Assembly (NCBI GenBank): GCA_948467605.1
Contig: CAOKET010000006.1
Span: forward strand, 1,255-65,254
Direction of reading: 5' to 3'
DNA length: 64,000 nt
Source of the DNA: an uncultured Mycoplasmatota bacterium
Lineage (GTDB): Bacteria; Bacillota_I; Bacilli_A; RF39; UBA660
Shown here: piece by piece, positions 29,863 to 40,031 of the stretch
How the letters are laid out: each line of letters begins with the position of its first letter
Numbering within the stretch: position 1 is the stretch's first letter
The notes under the pieces: model-generated
What the model saw: the letters and a program-made list of their open reading frames with translations, nothing else
What the model was told of the DNA's origin: nothing
The model's database searches: none
Position numbers and translations under genes: made by a program

Positions 29863-30660
29863 ATGAATACACTTACACAAAATTATGTAAAATATTTAGA
29901 AAAATATGATTCAGAACTTTTTGAATTATATGGTGATGAGTATCAAATAAGAATTGAGGAAATTAAGGAGTCATTGTATGGTTTACCAATTTCACATACA
30001 ACTAATATTGCTTACATTCCCTTGATTTTACAACAGGGACTAGTGCCGTTTGCTTATAGGAAAGAATTAAATTATAAAAAATCCGCTATATTTGATTATG
30101 ATAAACAATATGGATTAGATAAGTATGTTTTTGCTGTAATGGGTTATTGCTCCAATTATGGACCAAACATTGGTAGAGTCACAATTCTACTTGATGATTC
30201 CGTTATTGGGGGGGAGGATTCCTTTTTTACATTTCATGATTTAACAGCGGTGTTGCTATTTAATGAAGGAAATCATAACAATCCATTTGTTCATAGAATA
30301 ATTCAACAATATCAACAAGAAAAAATTCCACTAAAATATATATATGATATATTATCTAGAACCTTTTTGAAATCAGGTTTTACCTTAGAAGCATTTATGG
30401 AAGGTAATTTTCCAAAATTTCCAGTAGCGTATGATCCTGATTTTCAGCACACAAATTCTGGAAAACCAGAGATAAAAATTTCTGGTATAATTCCACCAGA
30501 AAAGTTTATTGGATTTGTTGTTTGGGATGAAGAAACTAAGCAATGTTTAATAAATTATGGTATTGAGGAATCTCAAATTATATTATTAACTAAAGAATCG
30601 AATGCTAAAAAAGAGATATATAAATATAAAAATAATTTGATAAACGCTAAGAAGAGATAA
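29863..30660 (+). CDS. Hypothetical protein; weak resemblance to the DarT/DUF4433 ADP-ribosyltransferase N-terminal motif
   Basis: ISHTTNIAYIPLILQQGL resembles the h-H-x-T/D-N-l-x-x-IL-x-x-GL motif of DUF4433; 265 aa; the resemblance is recalled from memory and is not a verified alignment. Confidence 0.35.
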   Translation: MNTLTQNYVKYLEKYDSELFELYGDEYQIRIEEIKESLYGLPISHTTNIAYIPLILQQGLVPFAYRKELNYKKSAIFDYDKQYGLDKYVFAVMGYCSNYGPNIGRVTILLDDSVIGGEDSFFTFHDLTAVLLFNEGNHNNPFVHRIIQQYQQEKIPLKYIYDILSRTFLKSGFTLEAFMEGNFPKFPVAYDPDFQHTNSGKPEIKISGIIPPEKFIGFVVWDEETKQCLINYGIEESQIILLTKESNAKKEIYKYKNNLINAKKR

Positions 30661-30750
30661 CAACAATATGACTTATAATTGGGAGAAAAAAATATATGAC
30701 TGATACAAGATCTTATATTAAAATTATCAATAGTAGTAAGGGTGATAATC

Positions 30751-31374
30751 ATGTCAAATTTAACTAATAGTGATATAAATTTTATTAATAATAGATATAA
30801 ATCATTTTTATATAATTTAAAAGCATTTTTAGGAAATACTAGTGACATAGATTTAATTAAAACAGTAATAAGTAATCTATATAATGGAAAATTTAGTATA
30901 AATGGCACTATGAGATTTGATAATTATTATAACTACATACCATTACCACCAGAATTAAGTAATGGAGTACATATCACAACAGGTATTTCTTGTTGTAGAC
31001 ATGCTAATGGATTCCTTTTTGACATATTAAGTTCTACTTGTCTTAAACCTATAATTGTATATATTTTTATTGATGAGAAAAACATATGGCATAGAGTTGG
31101 TCCAAGTAAACAATATGCAAATCACTATGCACTTTCTTTAAATATTAATAACTGCGATTATATTGTTGATGCTACAAATAAATTGATATTAGAACTAAAA
31201 AGTAATGGAGATTTAATCCAACTACCTATACCACAAACTAATATATTAGAAGAATATCATGATACTAATATTGAAGATATTGCAAAAACACTAAAGAAAT
31301 ATTATACATATAGAAATTTTGGAGTAAAAACTATATACGATATTACAACTAATTTTTTTAGCATCTTACATTAA
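30751..31374 (+). CDS. Hypothetical protein with a transglutaminase-/papain-like Cys-His-Asp arrangement
   Basis: GISCCRHANG ... NHYALSL ... VDATN; RBS agggtgataatcATG. Confidence 0.4.
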   Translation: MSNLTNSDINFINNRYKSFLYNLKAFLGNTSDIDLIKTVISNLYNGKFSINGTMRFDNYYNYIPLPPELSNGVHITTGISCCRHANGFLFDILSSTCLKPIIVYIFIDEKNIWHRVGPSKQYANHYALSLNINNCDYIVDATNKLILELKSNGDLIQLPIPQTNILEEYHDTNIEDIAKTLKKYYTYRNFGVKTIYDITTNFFSILH

Positions 31375-31499
31375 TTAAAAAATAAATTAACTGATGAATT
31401 TATAACTAGTTAACATAAACGAAGTCATAAAAAAACTATAAAGTGCGTAAATTTGTATTTTAATATAAAGATATGTTATTATTAAATTAGGTGATAATT

Positions 31500-32789
31500 A
31501 TGTTAAATGAAAAAAATATAAGTAATTTAAGAAAAAATTATGAAAGTGATAATTTTAATAAAATAAGAAGAAGAATGTTAAACAAAGTACAAATTGCTGA
31601 CTTAATATGTGATGTAGATACTAACTTAGATCAAGATTTTAGCATAGAAATAAAAACACATGGTATTACAGATCAAGGGCAATCAGGTAGATGTTGGTTT
31701 TTCGCTGGATTAAATATATTAAGAGAAAAAGTAATAGAAAAATGTAATTTAGACAACTTCGAATTATCAGGCAGTTATATTGCTTTTTATGACAAATTAG
31801 AGCGTTTTAATCAGTTATTAGAAAAACTAATTTCATATAAACATGAAAATAAAGATGTATATGATAGATATGTATCACATATACTTAAAAATGGTATAAC
31901 TGATTCTGGCTATTTTACACAATTTGCTAATTTAATTGATAAATATGGAGTAGTTCCTAAAAAAATATTTCCTGAAAACTTCCAATCATCTAATACTTAT
32001 GAGATAAACCAAATATTATCAAGATTATTAAGAAAATTTTATTTAGATATAGAAAAGGATAATGATGAGGAAACTATAAAAGATAAATATTTACAAGATG
32101 CCTATAATATATTAACTAATATTTATGGTATGATACCAGAAAGATTCAACTTTGAATATAAAGATAAAAATGGAGTTTACCATATTGATAAAAATACTTC
32201 ACCTAAAGAGTTCTATAGTAAATATATAGGTATTAACTTAAAAGAAGATTATATAGAAGTTGCAAGTTATCAAGATGAATTAATAAAATATAATAATATT
32301 TATGAAGAAGAAATAACTTCCATAATTAGTGAAACTAAAAACAATATAGTATTAAATATTCCTAAAGATGATTTTAATAAACTAATGCAAAAACAAATAA
32401 GTTCATATGAACCAGTTTACTTTTATTGTTCAACAACATATAGAAGAATAGATGGTATTTGGATTGATTTATTTGAAAGATATGGTGATATCTTTGATAT
32501 AGATTTAACAATAGATAAACAAGAACTTATGAGAACTAATGGTATTACTAATTGTCACTGTATGATAATAACAGGAGTAAATATTATTGATAAAAAAATT
32601 GATAAATGGAAAATAGAAAATAGTTGGGGTAATAGACTGGGAAAAAATGGTTATTATATAGCAAGTAATGACTGGGTAGAAAAATATGTACATAGAGCAG
32701 TAATAAATAAGAAATATCTAGATGATGAGCAATTAAAAATTACAAAACAAGAACCGATAAAATTAACGAGATGGGATATTAAGTTTTAA
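31500..32789 (+). CDS. pepC: Aminopeptidase C / bleomycin hydrolase (peptidase C1B)
   Basis: Active-site QGQSGRCWFFAG, C-terminal His/Asn region; about 430 aa. Confidence 0.85.
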   Translation: MLNEKNISNLRKNYESDNFNKIRRRMLNKVQIADLICDVDTNLDQDFSIEIKTHGITDQGQSGRCWFFAGLNILREKVIEKCNLDNFELSGSYIAFYDKLERFNQLLEKLISYKHENKDVYDRYVSHILKNGITDSGYFTQFANLIDKYGVVPKKIFPENFQSSNTYEINQILSRLLRKFYLDIEKDNDEETIKDKYLQDAYNILTNIYGMIPERFNFEYKDKNGVYHIDKNTSPKEFYSKYIGINLKEDYIEVASYQDELIKYNNIYEEEITSIISETKNNIVLNIPKDDFNKLMQKQISSYEPVYFYCSTTYRRIDGIWIDLFERYGDIFDIDLTIDKQELMRTNGITNCHCMIITGVNIIDKKIDKWKIENSWGNRLGKNGYYIASNDWVEKYVHRAVINKKYLDDEQLKITKQEPIKLTRWDIKF

Positions 32790-32878
32790 TATAAATATAT
32801 ATTTATAAAACCTGACAATTAATAATAAAGAAAATAACCGTAGTTACTTAAACAAATAAAGACATAACAATGTTAATA

Positions 32879-32916
32879 AAGTATCAATTTAAAGTAAAGT
32901 TGATACTTTTAATTTA
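32879..32916 (+). terminator. Rho-independent terminator after pepC
   Basis: agtatcaa/ttgatact stem followed by a T-run. Confidence 0.5.
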
Positions 32917-33002
32917 CAAAAAAATAAGTTATTTATATTATAACTTTGTATATTTTATATAAAATGTGTTATCATTATATATGAAAAAAGTGTGGTGTAA
33001 AA

Positions 33003-34475
33003 ATGAAATCAAAAACTTTTTTAAAAACTTATGCTTATTCTTTATTAATATCTTTTGCATTTTTATTTATATGTAGTAAGAACTCACCACTATATGTATT
33101 AAATGATTGGGTAGACGCTAATGCCTTTTTTACAGTCGGAAAATCTATGGTAAGAGGTATAGTACCATATAAAGAATTATTTGAACAAAAAGGACCACTA
33201 CTATATTTTATATATGGAATTGGTTCATTAATATCATATGACAGTTTTATAGGTGTATTTATACTAGAAGTAATATTATTTTCAATATTTATATATTACT
33301 CATTTAAAACTATAACTTTATTTGTTGATACTAAAAAAGCATATTTTATTATTCCATTATATACTTTATTTATTGTAACATTAAAATCATTTAGTCACGG
33401 CGGCTCTGCAGAAGAATTTAGTTTGCCATTTATTATGTATACTTTCTATATATTTGTTAGATTCCTAAAAACAGGTAATATTAGTAAAAAACAAATTTTT
33501 ATAACTGGTTTACTAGCAGGATGTGTATTCTGGATAAAATACACTTTATTAGGACTTTTTATTGGGTATATGCTAAGTATGACAATTAATATGTTTTTAA
33601 ATAAAAAGTATAAAGAAATGTTTATTAATTGTGGTATATTTTTACTAGGAGTTATAGTTTCATCTATACCATGGATAATATATTTTATAATAACTGATTC
33701 CATAAAAAATATGATAGATGTATACTTTTTAATAAATATAGTTTTATATCCAAAAAAGATTTCTATTATTAGTAAATTATCAAAAACATTTGAACTTATT
33801 ACATATAATCTTGCCTCTAATTCAATATATTTTATATTTATAGTTTGTGGATGTGTTTTATTTCTATTTAATAATGAAAAGTGGGAAGTAAAACATCATA
33901 AATTATCTATAATAATATCTATTATATTAACTGGGGTATGTGTATTTATTGGTGGAACTAATTACCACTATTATCCATTCGCATTAAGCCCATTTATAAT
34001 TATTGGATTAATAGAACTATTTAAAACCGTAAATATCAATAAAATAATTATAATACTTACAATTATATTGTCATTAGTATCTAGTTTCTATGCATCTACT
34101 AATACATATATGTTAAGATACAAAAGAAAAAACTACGCTCAGTATGAATTTGCTAAAATAATAAAGGAAGTAGAAAATCCAAAAATACTTAACTTTGGAT
34201 TCTTAGATGGTGGATTTTATTTAACTACTGGTCTTATTCCAGATTGCTATTATTTTATGAAAAATAATATTCCATATAAAAACTATCCAGAAATGTTAGA
34301 TGGACAACTTAAATATATTAAAGAAGAAAAACCAGATTTTATTATTATTAGAGGTAGTGGATGGGATAAGGCAAAAGATACTATAAATGATAATTATAAT
34401 CTAGTTAAAGTTCATAAACAAAAATATCAACAATATGAAGTCACTTATAAACTTTATAGAATTAAAAATAAGTGA
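33003..34475 (+). CDS. Polytopic membrane protein, possible GT-C-type glycosyltransferase
   Basis: 490 aa, more than 10 TMs and a C-terminal soluble domain; assignment by architecture only. Confidence 0.35.
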   Translation: MKSKTFLKTYAYSLLISFAFLFICSKNSPLYVLNDWVDANAFFTVGKSMVRGIVPYKELFEQKGPLLYFIYGIGSLISYDSFIGVFILEVILFSIFIYYSFKTITLFVDTKKAYFIIPLYTLFIVTLKSFSHGGSAEEFSLPFIMYTFYIFVRFLKTGNISKKQIFITGLLAGCVFWIKYTLLGLFIGYMLSMTINMFLNKKYKEMFINCGIFLLGVIVSSIPWIIYFIITDSIKNMIDVYFLINIVLYPKKISIISKLSKTFELITYNLASNSIYFIFIVCGCVLFLFNNEKWEVKHHKLSIIISIILTGVCVFIGGTNYHYYPFALSPFIIIGLIELFKTVNINKIIIILTIILSLVSSFYASTNTYMLRYKRKNYAQYEFAKIIKEVENPKILNFGFLDGGFYLTTGLIPDCYYFMKNNIPYKNYPEMLDGQLKYIKEEKPDFIIIRGSGWDKAKDTINDNYNLVKVHKQKYQQYEVTYKLYRIKNK

Positions 34476-34498
34476 TATACTAATAAAGGTGGTTTAAT

Positions 34499-34972
34499 AT
34501 GATGGAATTAAATAATGATTTAATAGGACTTACTATATCAGTGCCTTCTTCTTGGAATGTAATACCAAAAGAATCTTATGAAGAATATAACATTGATAAA
34601 AGAACATTGTTCTTACTTTTAACATCAGATAATAAATTTGTAAGTTTTATGTATCAATGTAAATTAAAGGAAGAAAACTTCCAAAATCTTTATAAAGATA
34701 ATATTGATAATCTAAAAAAAGAAGGAATGGAAGTTTTATATGAAGGTGCATTAAAAACAAGTGGTAAAATAAGCCAAGTTAAATATGCCTTTGTATCAAT
34801 AAATTCAGGAGATAAAAACTTAAGATTAATTCAGGTATTCTTTTTATACAATAACTATTTTATTAATGCATCAACTGAAGTTAATCCAAATATAAATCCA
34901 AAAGATATTCTAAATTTAATGGATGATAAGGACGTAATAGCAATACTTAAAATAATATTATCTATAAAGTAG
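34499..34972 (+). CDS. Hypothetical protein
   Basis: 157-aa ORF with RBS aaggtggtttaatATG. Confidence 0.35.
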   Translation: MMELNNDLIGLTISVPSSWNVIPKESYEEYNIDKRTLFLLLTSDNKFVSFMYQCKLKEENFQNLYKDNIDNLKKEGMEVLYEGALKTSGKISQVKYAFVSINSGDKNLRLIQVFFLYNNYFINASTEVNPNINPKDILNLMDDKDVIAILKIILSIK

Positions 34973-34980
34973 GTGAAGTT

Positions 34981-35466
34981 ATGATAGATAATAAGAAAAA
35001 AAAAGTTTTATTTATATCATCAACTGGTGGACATCTTAACGAACTTATGCAATTAAAACCAATGTTTAAAAAATACGATTATCATATAATAACTGAAAAA
35101 GATAAATCAACTAGTAATTTAAAAGAAAAGTATGGTGAAAAGTTAAATTATTTAGTATTTGGTACAAAAGACCATATTCTAGTTTATCCATTTAAATTTA
35201 TATATAATTGTTTTAAAAGTTTAATACTATATTTTAAAATAAAACCAAAATATATTATAACAACTGGTACTCATACAGCAGTACCAATGTGTTATATTGG
35301 TAAGATATTTGGAAGTAAGATAATTTTTATAGAAACTTTTGCAAATATTAATACAAAAACTTTATCTGGAAGATTAGTATATCCAATCGCAAATCTCTTT
35401 ATAGTTCAGTGGGAAAGTATGCTAAAACTATATCCAAAGGCGATATATGGCGGTTGGATTTTTTAG
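34981..35466 (+). CDS. Alg14-like glycosyltransferase accessory subunit (EpsE/CpsF/PssD family)
   Basis: KVLFISSTGGHLNELMQL N-terminus typical of the Alg14-like family; 161 aa. Confidence 0.6.
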   Translation: MIDNKKKKVLFISSTGGHLNELMQLKPMFKKYDYHIITEKDKSTSNLKEKYGEKLNYLVFGTKDHILVYPFKFIYNCFKSLILYFKIKPKYIITTGTHTAVPMCYIGKIFGSKIIFIETFANINTKTLSGRLVYPIANLFIVQWESMLKLYPKAIYGGWIF

Positions 35467-35475
35467 GAGGTTCTA

Positions 35476-35954
35476 TGATATTAGTAACATTGGGAACACA
35501 AGATAAAAACTTTGATAGATTATTAAAATACATTGATGAACTTTTAGATAAGGGTGAAATTAAAGACAATGTAATCGCACAAATAGGACATACGACATAT
35601 ACTAGTAAAAATATGGAAACATTTGATTTTAAATCAACTGATGAATTAAATGACTTAAGAAAAAAAGCAGATCTTATAATTACACATGCAGGAGTAGGTA
35701 GTATATTAGATTCTTTAAAATTAAATAAAAAGGTAATAGGCATTGCAAGATTAAAAAAATACGGGGAACACACTAACGATCATCAATTAGAGATTTTAAA
35801 TAAATTCTTTAACGATGGTTATATATTAAAGGCATCAAACTGTGAAGAACTGCTTGATTCGATTAATAACTCAAAAGATTTTACACCAAATAAATATAAA
35901 AGTAATGTAAATAATATGATAAAAATAATAGATGATTTTATTTCAAGTAATTAA
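35476..35954 (+). CDS. Alg13-like glycosyltransferase catalytic subunit (GT28 C-terminal domain; EpsF/CpsG/PssE family)
   Basis: MILVTLGTQDKNFDRL ... ADLIITHAGVGSI motifs; RBS ttaggaggttctATG; the ORF-track start at 35409 is an upstream extension. Confidence 0.6.
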
Positions 35955-36014
35955 TTCTTGACATCTATTTTTTTATATTGTAATCTTTAATTGAACAAAT
36001 GTACGAGGTGAAAT

Positions 36015-36776
36015 ATGAAAATTAAAAAATATAAAAAATTGAGTACCTCTAAATACTTAATAGAACTTGAAAATAACGAATCACTAACACTTTATGAAGA
36101 AACTATAATTAAATATAACTTATTATATAAAAAAGAATTAGAAGTAGATAAATTAAATGAAATATTAGAGTTTAATGAGTATGGAGAGGCATATGAAAAA
36201 TGTATAAAATTTATATGTAAAAAATTACGCTGTAAAAAAGAAGTAACTGAGTTCTTGAGAAAAAACTCATACAATTCTCATATTATTGATACAGTAATAG
36301 AAAGATTAGAAAAAAATAATATCTTAAATGAAAATAACTATGTAAAATCATATATAAATGATAAACTTTATCTCACAAAAGATGGGCCTTTAAAAATAGA
36401 AAAAGAATTAACTGATTTAGGTATAGATAGTAGAATCATATACGACAATATATCTTTGATTGATAAAAGTATAGTAGAAGATAAGGTAAGAAAATATATA
36501 GAAAAAAGAAGAAAAACTAATTCTAAATATAGTCAAAATATGATAAATAATAAAATTAGACAAGAGTTATTAAACTTAGGATATGATATTGAATTAATAA
36601 ATATGTATCTTGATATTGATAACGAAGGTAATGATGATATTTTAATAAAAAAAGATTATGAAAAATCTTTAAATAAATATTCAAAAAAATATAATGGTAG
36701 GGAACTTGATCAAAAAATAAAGAATTATTTATATAGTAAGGGATATAAGATAGATGATATTAATAAACTATTCTAA
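36015..36776 (+). CDS. recX: Regulatory protein RecX (probable)
   Basis: About 250-aa all-helical protein with a three-repeat layout and LYEETIIKYNLLYKKELE ... similar to Firmicutes RecX. Confidence 0.5.
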   Translation: MKIKKYKKLSTSKYLIELENNESLTLYEETIIKYNLLYKKELEVDKLNEILEFNEYGEAYEKCIKFICKKLRCKKEVTEFLRKNSYNSHIIDTVIERLEKNNILNENNYVKSYINDKLYLTKDGPLKIEKELTDLGIDSRIIYDNISLIDKSIVEDKVRKYIEKRRKTNSKYSQNMINNKIRQELLNLGYDIELINMYLDIDNEGNDDILIKKDYEKSLNKYSKKYNGRELDQKIKNYLYSKGYKIDDINKLF

Positions 36777-36802
36777 AATAAAACTATCAAATTAATGATA
36801 GT

Positions 36803-37732
36803 TTATTCATTTATACTAAGACATATATCTGAAAGATATGAGTTATATTTAGTTTTTAAATCATTATCCTCTATATCAATACTACTATGACTATTGCATA
36901 CTACTTTTAATGCTTTATCTGGCATTGTAGCATCAAGTGTTAAAAGTTTTTCTGCTAAAGTTTTAATAATCTTGTTCCTTACTTCATCTAAAGATGGTTT
37001 TGATTTTTCATTGGTTTTTAATATAACATGATATCCATATAGAGTTACAACTGGAGTAGTAGTATATTTACCAACTTCTAACTTCTTTGTGGCATTCTCA
37101 AATTCATCTACCATTTCACCTTCACTAAAGTATCCAAGGTAGCCACCATTATCTTTAGTTGAAGTATCATCTGAGTATTTTTTAGCAAGTTCAGCAAATT
37201 TTGTTTTAACATCACTAGAATTATTTAATTCACTAATTATAGTATTTATTTTATCTAAAGCAATCTTTTTAGAATCTTCACTATTAGATGGACTAATAAG
37301 AATATGACTTGCTTCAATTTCACCAAATACTTTTTCATCATAATACTTTTTTATATCCTCATCCTTAACCAACTCTTTTGCATAGTTAATAGTTTCTAAA
37401 CTTAATATATAATTAAATGATAGATAGTTTCGCAATTCTCTTTCACTATTAAATCCATGAGTTTCAATATAATCTTCAAAATCATCATAACTTAACTTTA
37501 AAGATTCAATTTGACTATCAATATAATTATTCATTTGCTTAATATTAAGTTTGCCATCTTCTAGTATTGCCTCTGAGTTATCTAAATCATCATCTTTTGT
37601 TGTAGAACTTGGTGAATCATCTACATTATTATTTTTTTCTATACCATTATTACATCCAGTACTTATAGTAATTACAAAAATAACTATAACAATAAATAAA
37701 ATATTCTTAAAACTTTTCATATAATATCCCAC
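36803..37732 (-). CDS. prsA: Foldase PrsA-like parvulin-type peptidyl-prolyl isomerase lipoprotein
   Basis: Lipobox ISTGC; PPIC domain with SHILI...GYHVILKT. Confidence 0.7.
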   Translation of the reverse strand: MGYYMKSFKNILFIVIVIFVITISTGCNNGIEKNNNVDDSPSSTTKDDDLDNSEAILEDGKLNIKQMNNYIDSQIESLKLSYDDFEDYIETHGFNSERELRNYLSFNYILSLETINYAKELVKDEDIKKYYDEKVFGEIEASHILISPSNSEDSKKIALDKINTIISELNNSSDVKTKFAELAKKYSDDTSTKDNGGYLGYFSEGEMVDEFENATKKLEVGKYTTTPVVTLYGYHVILKTNEKSKPSLDEVRNKIIKTLAEKLLTLDATMPDKALKVVCNSHSSIDIEDNDLKTKYNSYLSDICLSINE

Positions 37733-37820
37733 TCCATATAAAAATTTATTATATTATAATATATATATTTAAATATTAAAATATATAATAGAAAAAAATC
37801 TATCAAATGATAGATCTTTA

Positions 37821-39119
37821 CTAATTAGTTTTTTCTTCTAATGATTTATATAAGTCAGAAAGATACGCATTATATTTTTCTCTTAAAGTAGCATCCTTAA
37901 AACTTACTTTATTTTCTTTACGCATTTCTTCTAATGCTTTATATTGAGTTGTAGTATCAGAAGTTAAAAGATTTTCTGCTAGAGTCTCAATTATACTATC
38001 TTTCATTTCATTTAGTGCAGTTTTATCCTTTTGGTTAGTTTTTAATATAATATGGTATCCATATGAAGTCTCAACTGGAGTAGTAGTATATTTACCATTT
38101 TCTAACCCCTTAGCAGCATTTTCAAATGCCTCTTCCATTTCACCTACACCAAAATATCCAAGTGAACCACCATTGTCTTTATTAGTTGTATCTTCAGAGT
38201 TTGCTTTTGCAAGTTCAGCAAATTTTGCTTTAACATCACTTGCACCATTTAATTGTTTGATTATATTATTTGCTTTTTCTAAAGCATTACTTTTTGAAGT
38301 AGCATCGTCGCTGTCAAATTTTATTAAAATATGACTTGCTTCAATGTCACCAAACACTTTTTCATCATAATATTTTTGAACATCACTATCAGTTACTAAT
38401 CCTTTAGCATAGTCAAGTAATGCTAAATTTCTCTTATAGTTAAGTGAGAAATATTCACGAACCTTTTCTTCGTTTTCAAATCCATAATATTTTATATAAT
38501 CTTCAAATTGATCTCCATAAGTAGTTTTTAAATATGAAACTTGAGAATCTATATAACTAGTTATTTCATCAGTATCTGGATATTGACTTTCTAATATAGT
38601 TTTATCTATTTTATCAAGTAATATTGTTAATCCATATCCTTCTTTTAACTCATCATATAAATCATTTGCAGTTATATTAGTTCCTTTTAATGAAACAATA
38701 ACTTCATTTCCATTCTTTAATTTTGGTATTCTTCTAAAACCTAATATTGCAAGAACGCCCATACCAACTAAGATACCTACAATAGCAACAATTATTACTA
38801 GTATACTGTTTTCTTTGATTCTTTCAGGCATACTCTTAATATATGTCATTGTATCATTGTTCTTTGTATTAGTATTAGTAACAGGGGCAACTTTTGTTTT
38901 CACTTCTTTTACCTTTTTTTCTTCTACGACAACATCAGGTTTTACTTCTTTAACTGTATCTTTTTTTACTGTTTTTTTAACAGGTGCTTTTACTGTTGTA
39001 GTTTTTTTAGCAGCTGTTTTTGTAGCAGTAGTTTTTTTAGATGCAGAACTTTTTGATGTTGTAGTTCCTTTTTTTACTGTACTTTTTTTAGTACTATTTT
39101 TTGATGTTTCTGCCATCAC
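37821..39119 (-). CDS. PrsA-like parvulin-type peptidyl-prolyl isomerase with N-terminal Lys/Thr-rich low-complexity region and a TM anchor
   Basis: Paralogous to the adjacent prsA (SHILI...SYGYHIILKT); the N-terminal 75 aa are K/T/A-rich. Confidence 0.7.
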   Translation of the reverse strand: MMAETSKNSTKKSTVKKGTTTSKSSASKKTTATKTAAKKTTTVKAPVKKTVKKDTVKEVKPDVVVEEKKVKEVKTKVAPVTNTNTKNNDTMTYIKSMPERIKENSILVIIVAIVGILVGMGVLAILGFRRIPKLKNGNEVIVSLKGTNITANDLYDELKEGYGLTILLDKIDKTILESQYPDTDEITSYIDSQVSYLKTTYGDQFEDYIKYYGFENEEKVREYFSLNYKRNLALLDYAKGLVTDSDVQKYYDEKVFGDIEASHILIKFDSDDATSKSNALEKANNIIKQLNGASDVKAKFAELAKANSEDTTNKDNGGSLGYFGVGEMEEAFENAAKGLENGKYTTTPVETSYGYHIILKTNQKDKTALNEMKDSIIETLAENLLTSDTTTQYKALEEMRKENKVSFKDATLREKYNAYLSDLYKSLEEKTN

Positions 39120-39283
39120 ATAATCCTCCTAATCAATAAATTTACATATTAATAATAGCAAATCAAAATTAAAAAAGCAACAAATACCGTTAAAATTACT
39201 ACTTTTGTCACAATTTAATTCTATTATTAACAAAATTAAAATATTCTCATAAAATACTGTGAGTAGAAAAAGGAGGAGCTAAA

Positions 39284-39361
39284 ATGGGATACGCAAGTAA
39301 TTCATGTATATTACTAGTTCTATTCATTTTACTGGTAATTATTTTAGGCATAGCTATTTAA
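39284..39361 (+). CDS. YjcZ-like mini-protein (25 aa), not in the ORF track
   Basis: MGYASNSCILLVLFILLVIILGIAI with RBS aaaaaggaggagctaaaATG; a sigma-K-like -10 (CATAaaaTA) lies about 30 nt upstream. Confidence 0.45.
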   Translation: MGYASNSCILLVLFILLVIILGIAI

Positions 39362-39398
39362 ATTAAAATGCTAAAAGAATAAGGGAGGTGTAGAAAAA

Positions 39399-39494
39399 TG
39401 GCATGTGGAAATACATGTGGTAACCACTCATATGTAATTATAATCGTTCTATATATCTTACTAGCAATTATACTTGGTTCATGTTTTTGCTAAA
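39399..39494 (+). CDS. YjcZ-like mini-protein (31 aa), not in the ORF track
   Basis: MACGNTCGNHSYVIIIVLYILLAIILGSCFC with RBS aagggaggtgtagaaaaATG. Confidence 0.45.
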
Positions 39495-39522
39495 ATAACA
39501 GCGGATTTACGCTGTTATTTTC
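39495..39522. terminator. Bidirectional terminator shared by the mini-protein genes (+) and the HIT gene (-)
   Basis: aataacagcg-gattta-cgctgttatt perfect hairpin with flanking A/T runs; the HIT stop codon lies in the loop. Confidence 0.55.
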
Positions 39523-39917
39523 TTATATACCTCATCTATTTCTTCAGTAACCTTTTTATGACAGAAAAATAATCCATCCTTTTTATATCTAGGTACTAAA
39601 TGCAAATGATAATGTTTTACTTCTTGACCATATCCATTATTTTGTACTAATGTCATACCAACAATATCTAATTTTTCTTTATACATATTAAATATTATTT
39701 TAGAAACCTCCCCGATATGACACAATAATTCACTATCCATATCTAAAATATCAGTATGGTGTTCTTTAGGAATTATTAAAGTATGACCAGCAGTATGAGG
39801 AGTAATGTCCAAAAATGCAAGTACACTTTCATCTTCATAAATCTTTTTACAAGGTATATTACCACTAATAATTTTACAAAATATACAATCCATATTATCA
39901 CCAAAATTATTATACAA
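39507..39917 (-). CDS. HIT family (histidine triad) hydrolase
   Basis: HTAGHTLIIPKEHH and HYHLHLVP motifs. Confidence 0.85.
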   Translation of the reverse strand: MYNNFGDNMDCIFCKIISGNIPCKKIYEDESVLAFLDITPHTAGHTLIIPKEHHTDILDMDSELLCHIGEVSKIIFNMYKEKLDIVGMTLVQNNGYGQEVKHYHLHLVPRYKKDGLFFCHKKVTEEIDEVYKKITA

Positions 39918-40031
39918 TAAATTAGAAAATAAAAATACATAATTTGTATAAAAATTATGTTGAAATATAACGGAATAAACAGTACCAAATTTATATAAAT
40001 AGGTGTATAATAAATAATTAGGTGAGGATTA

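Noticed and set aside
35409-35475. Upstream extension of the Alg13-like ORF (the ORF-track start at 35409)
   Set aside because: The extension overlaps the Alg14-like gene in another frame. A strong RBS (ttaggagg) precedes the internal ATG at 35476, which matches the conserved MILVTLGTQD N-terminus.
38815-39123. 102-aa plus-strand ORF overlapping the 5' end of the PrsA-like gene
   Set aside because: It is the reverse-complement reading of the Lys/Thr-rich low-complexity region (a poly-T/poly-A codon artefact).
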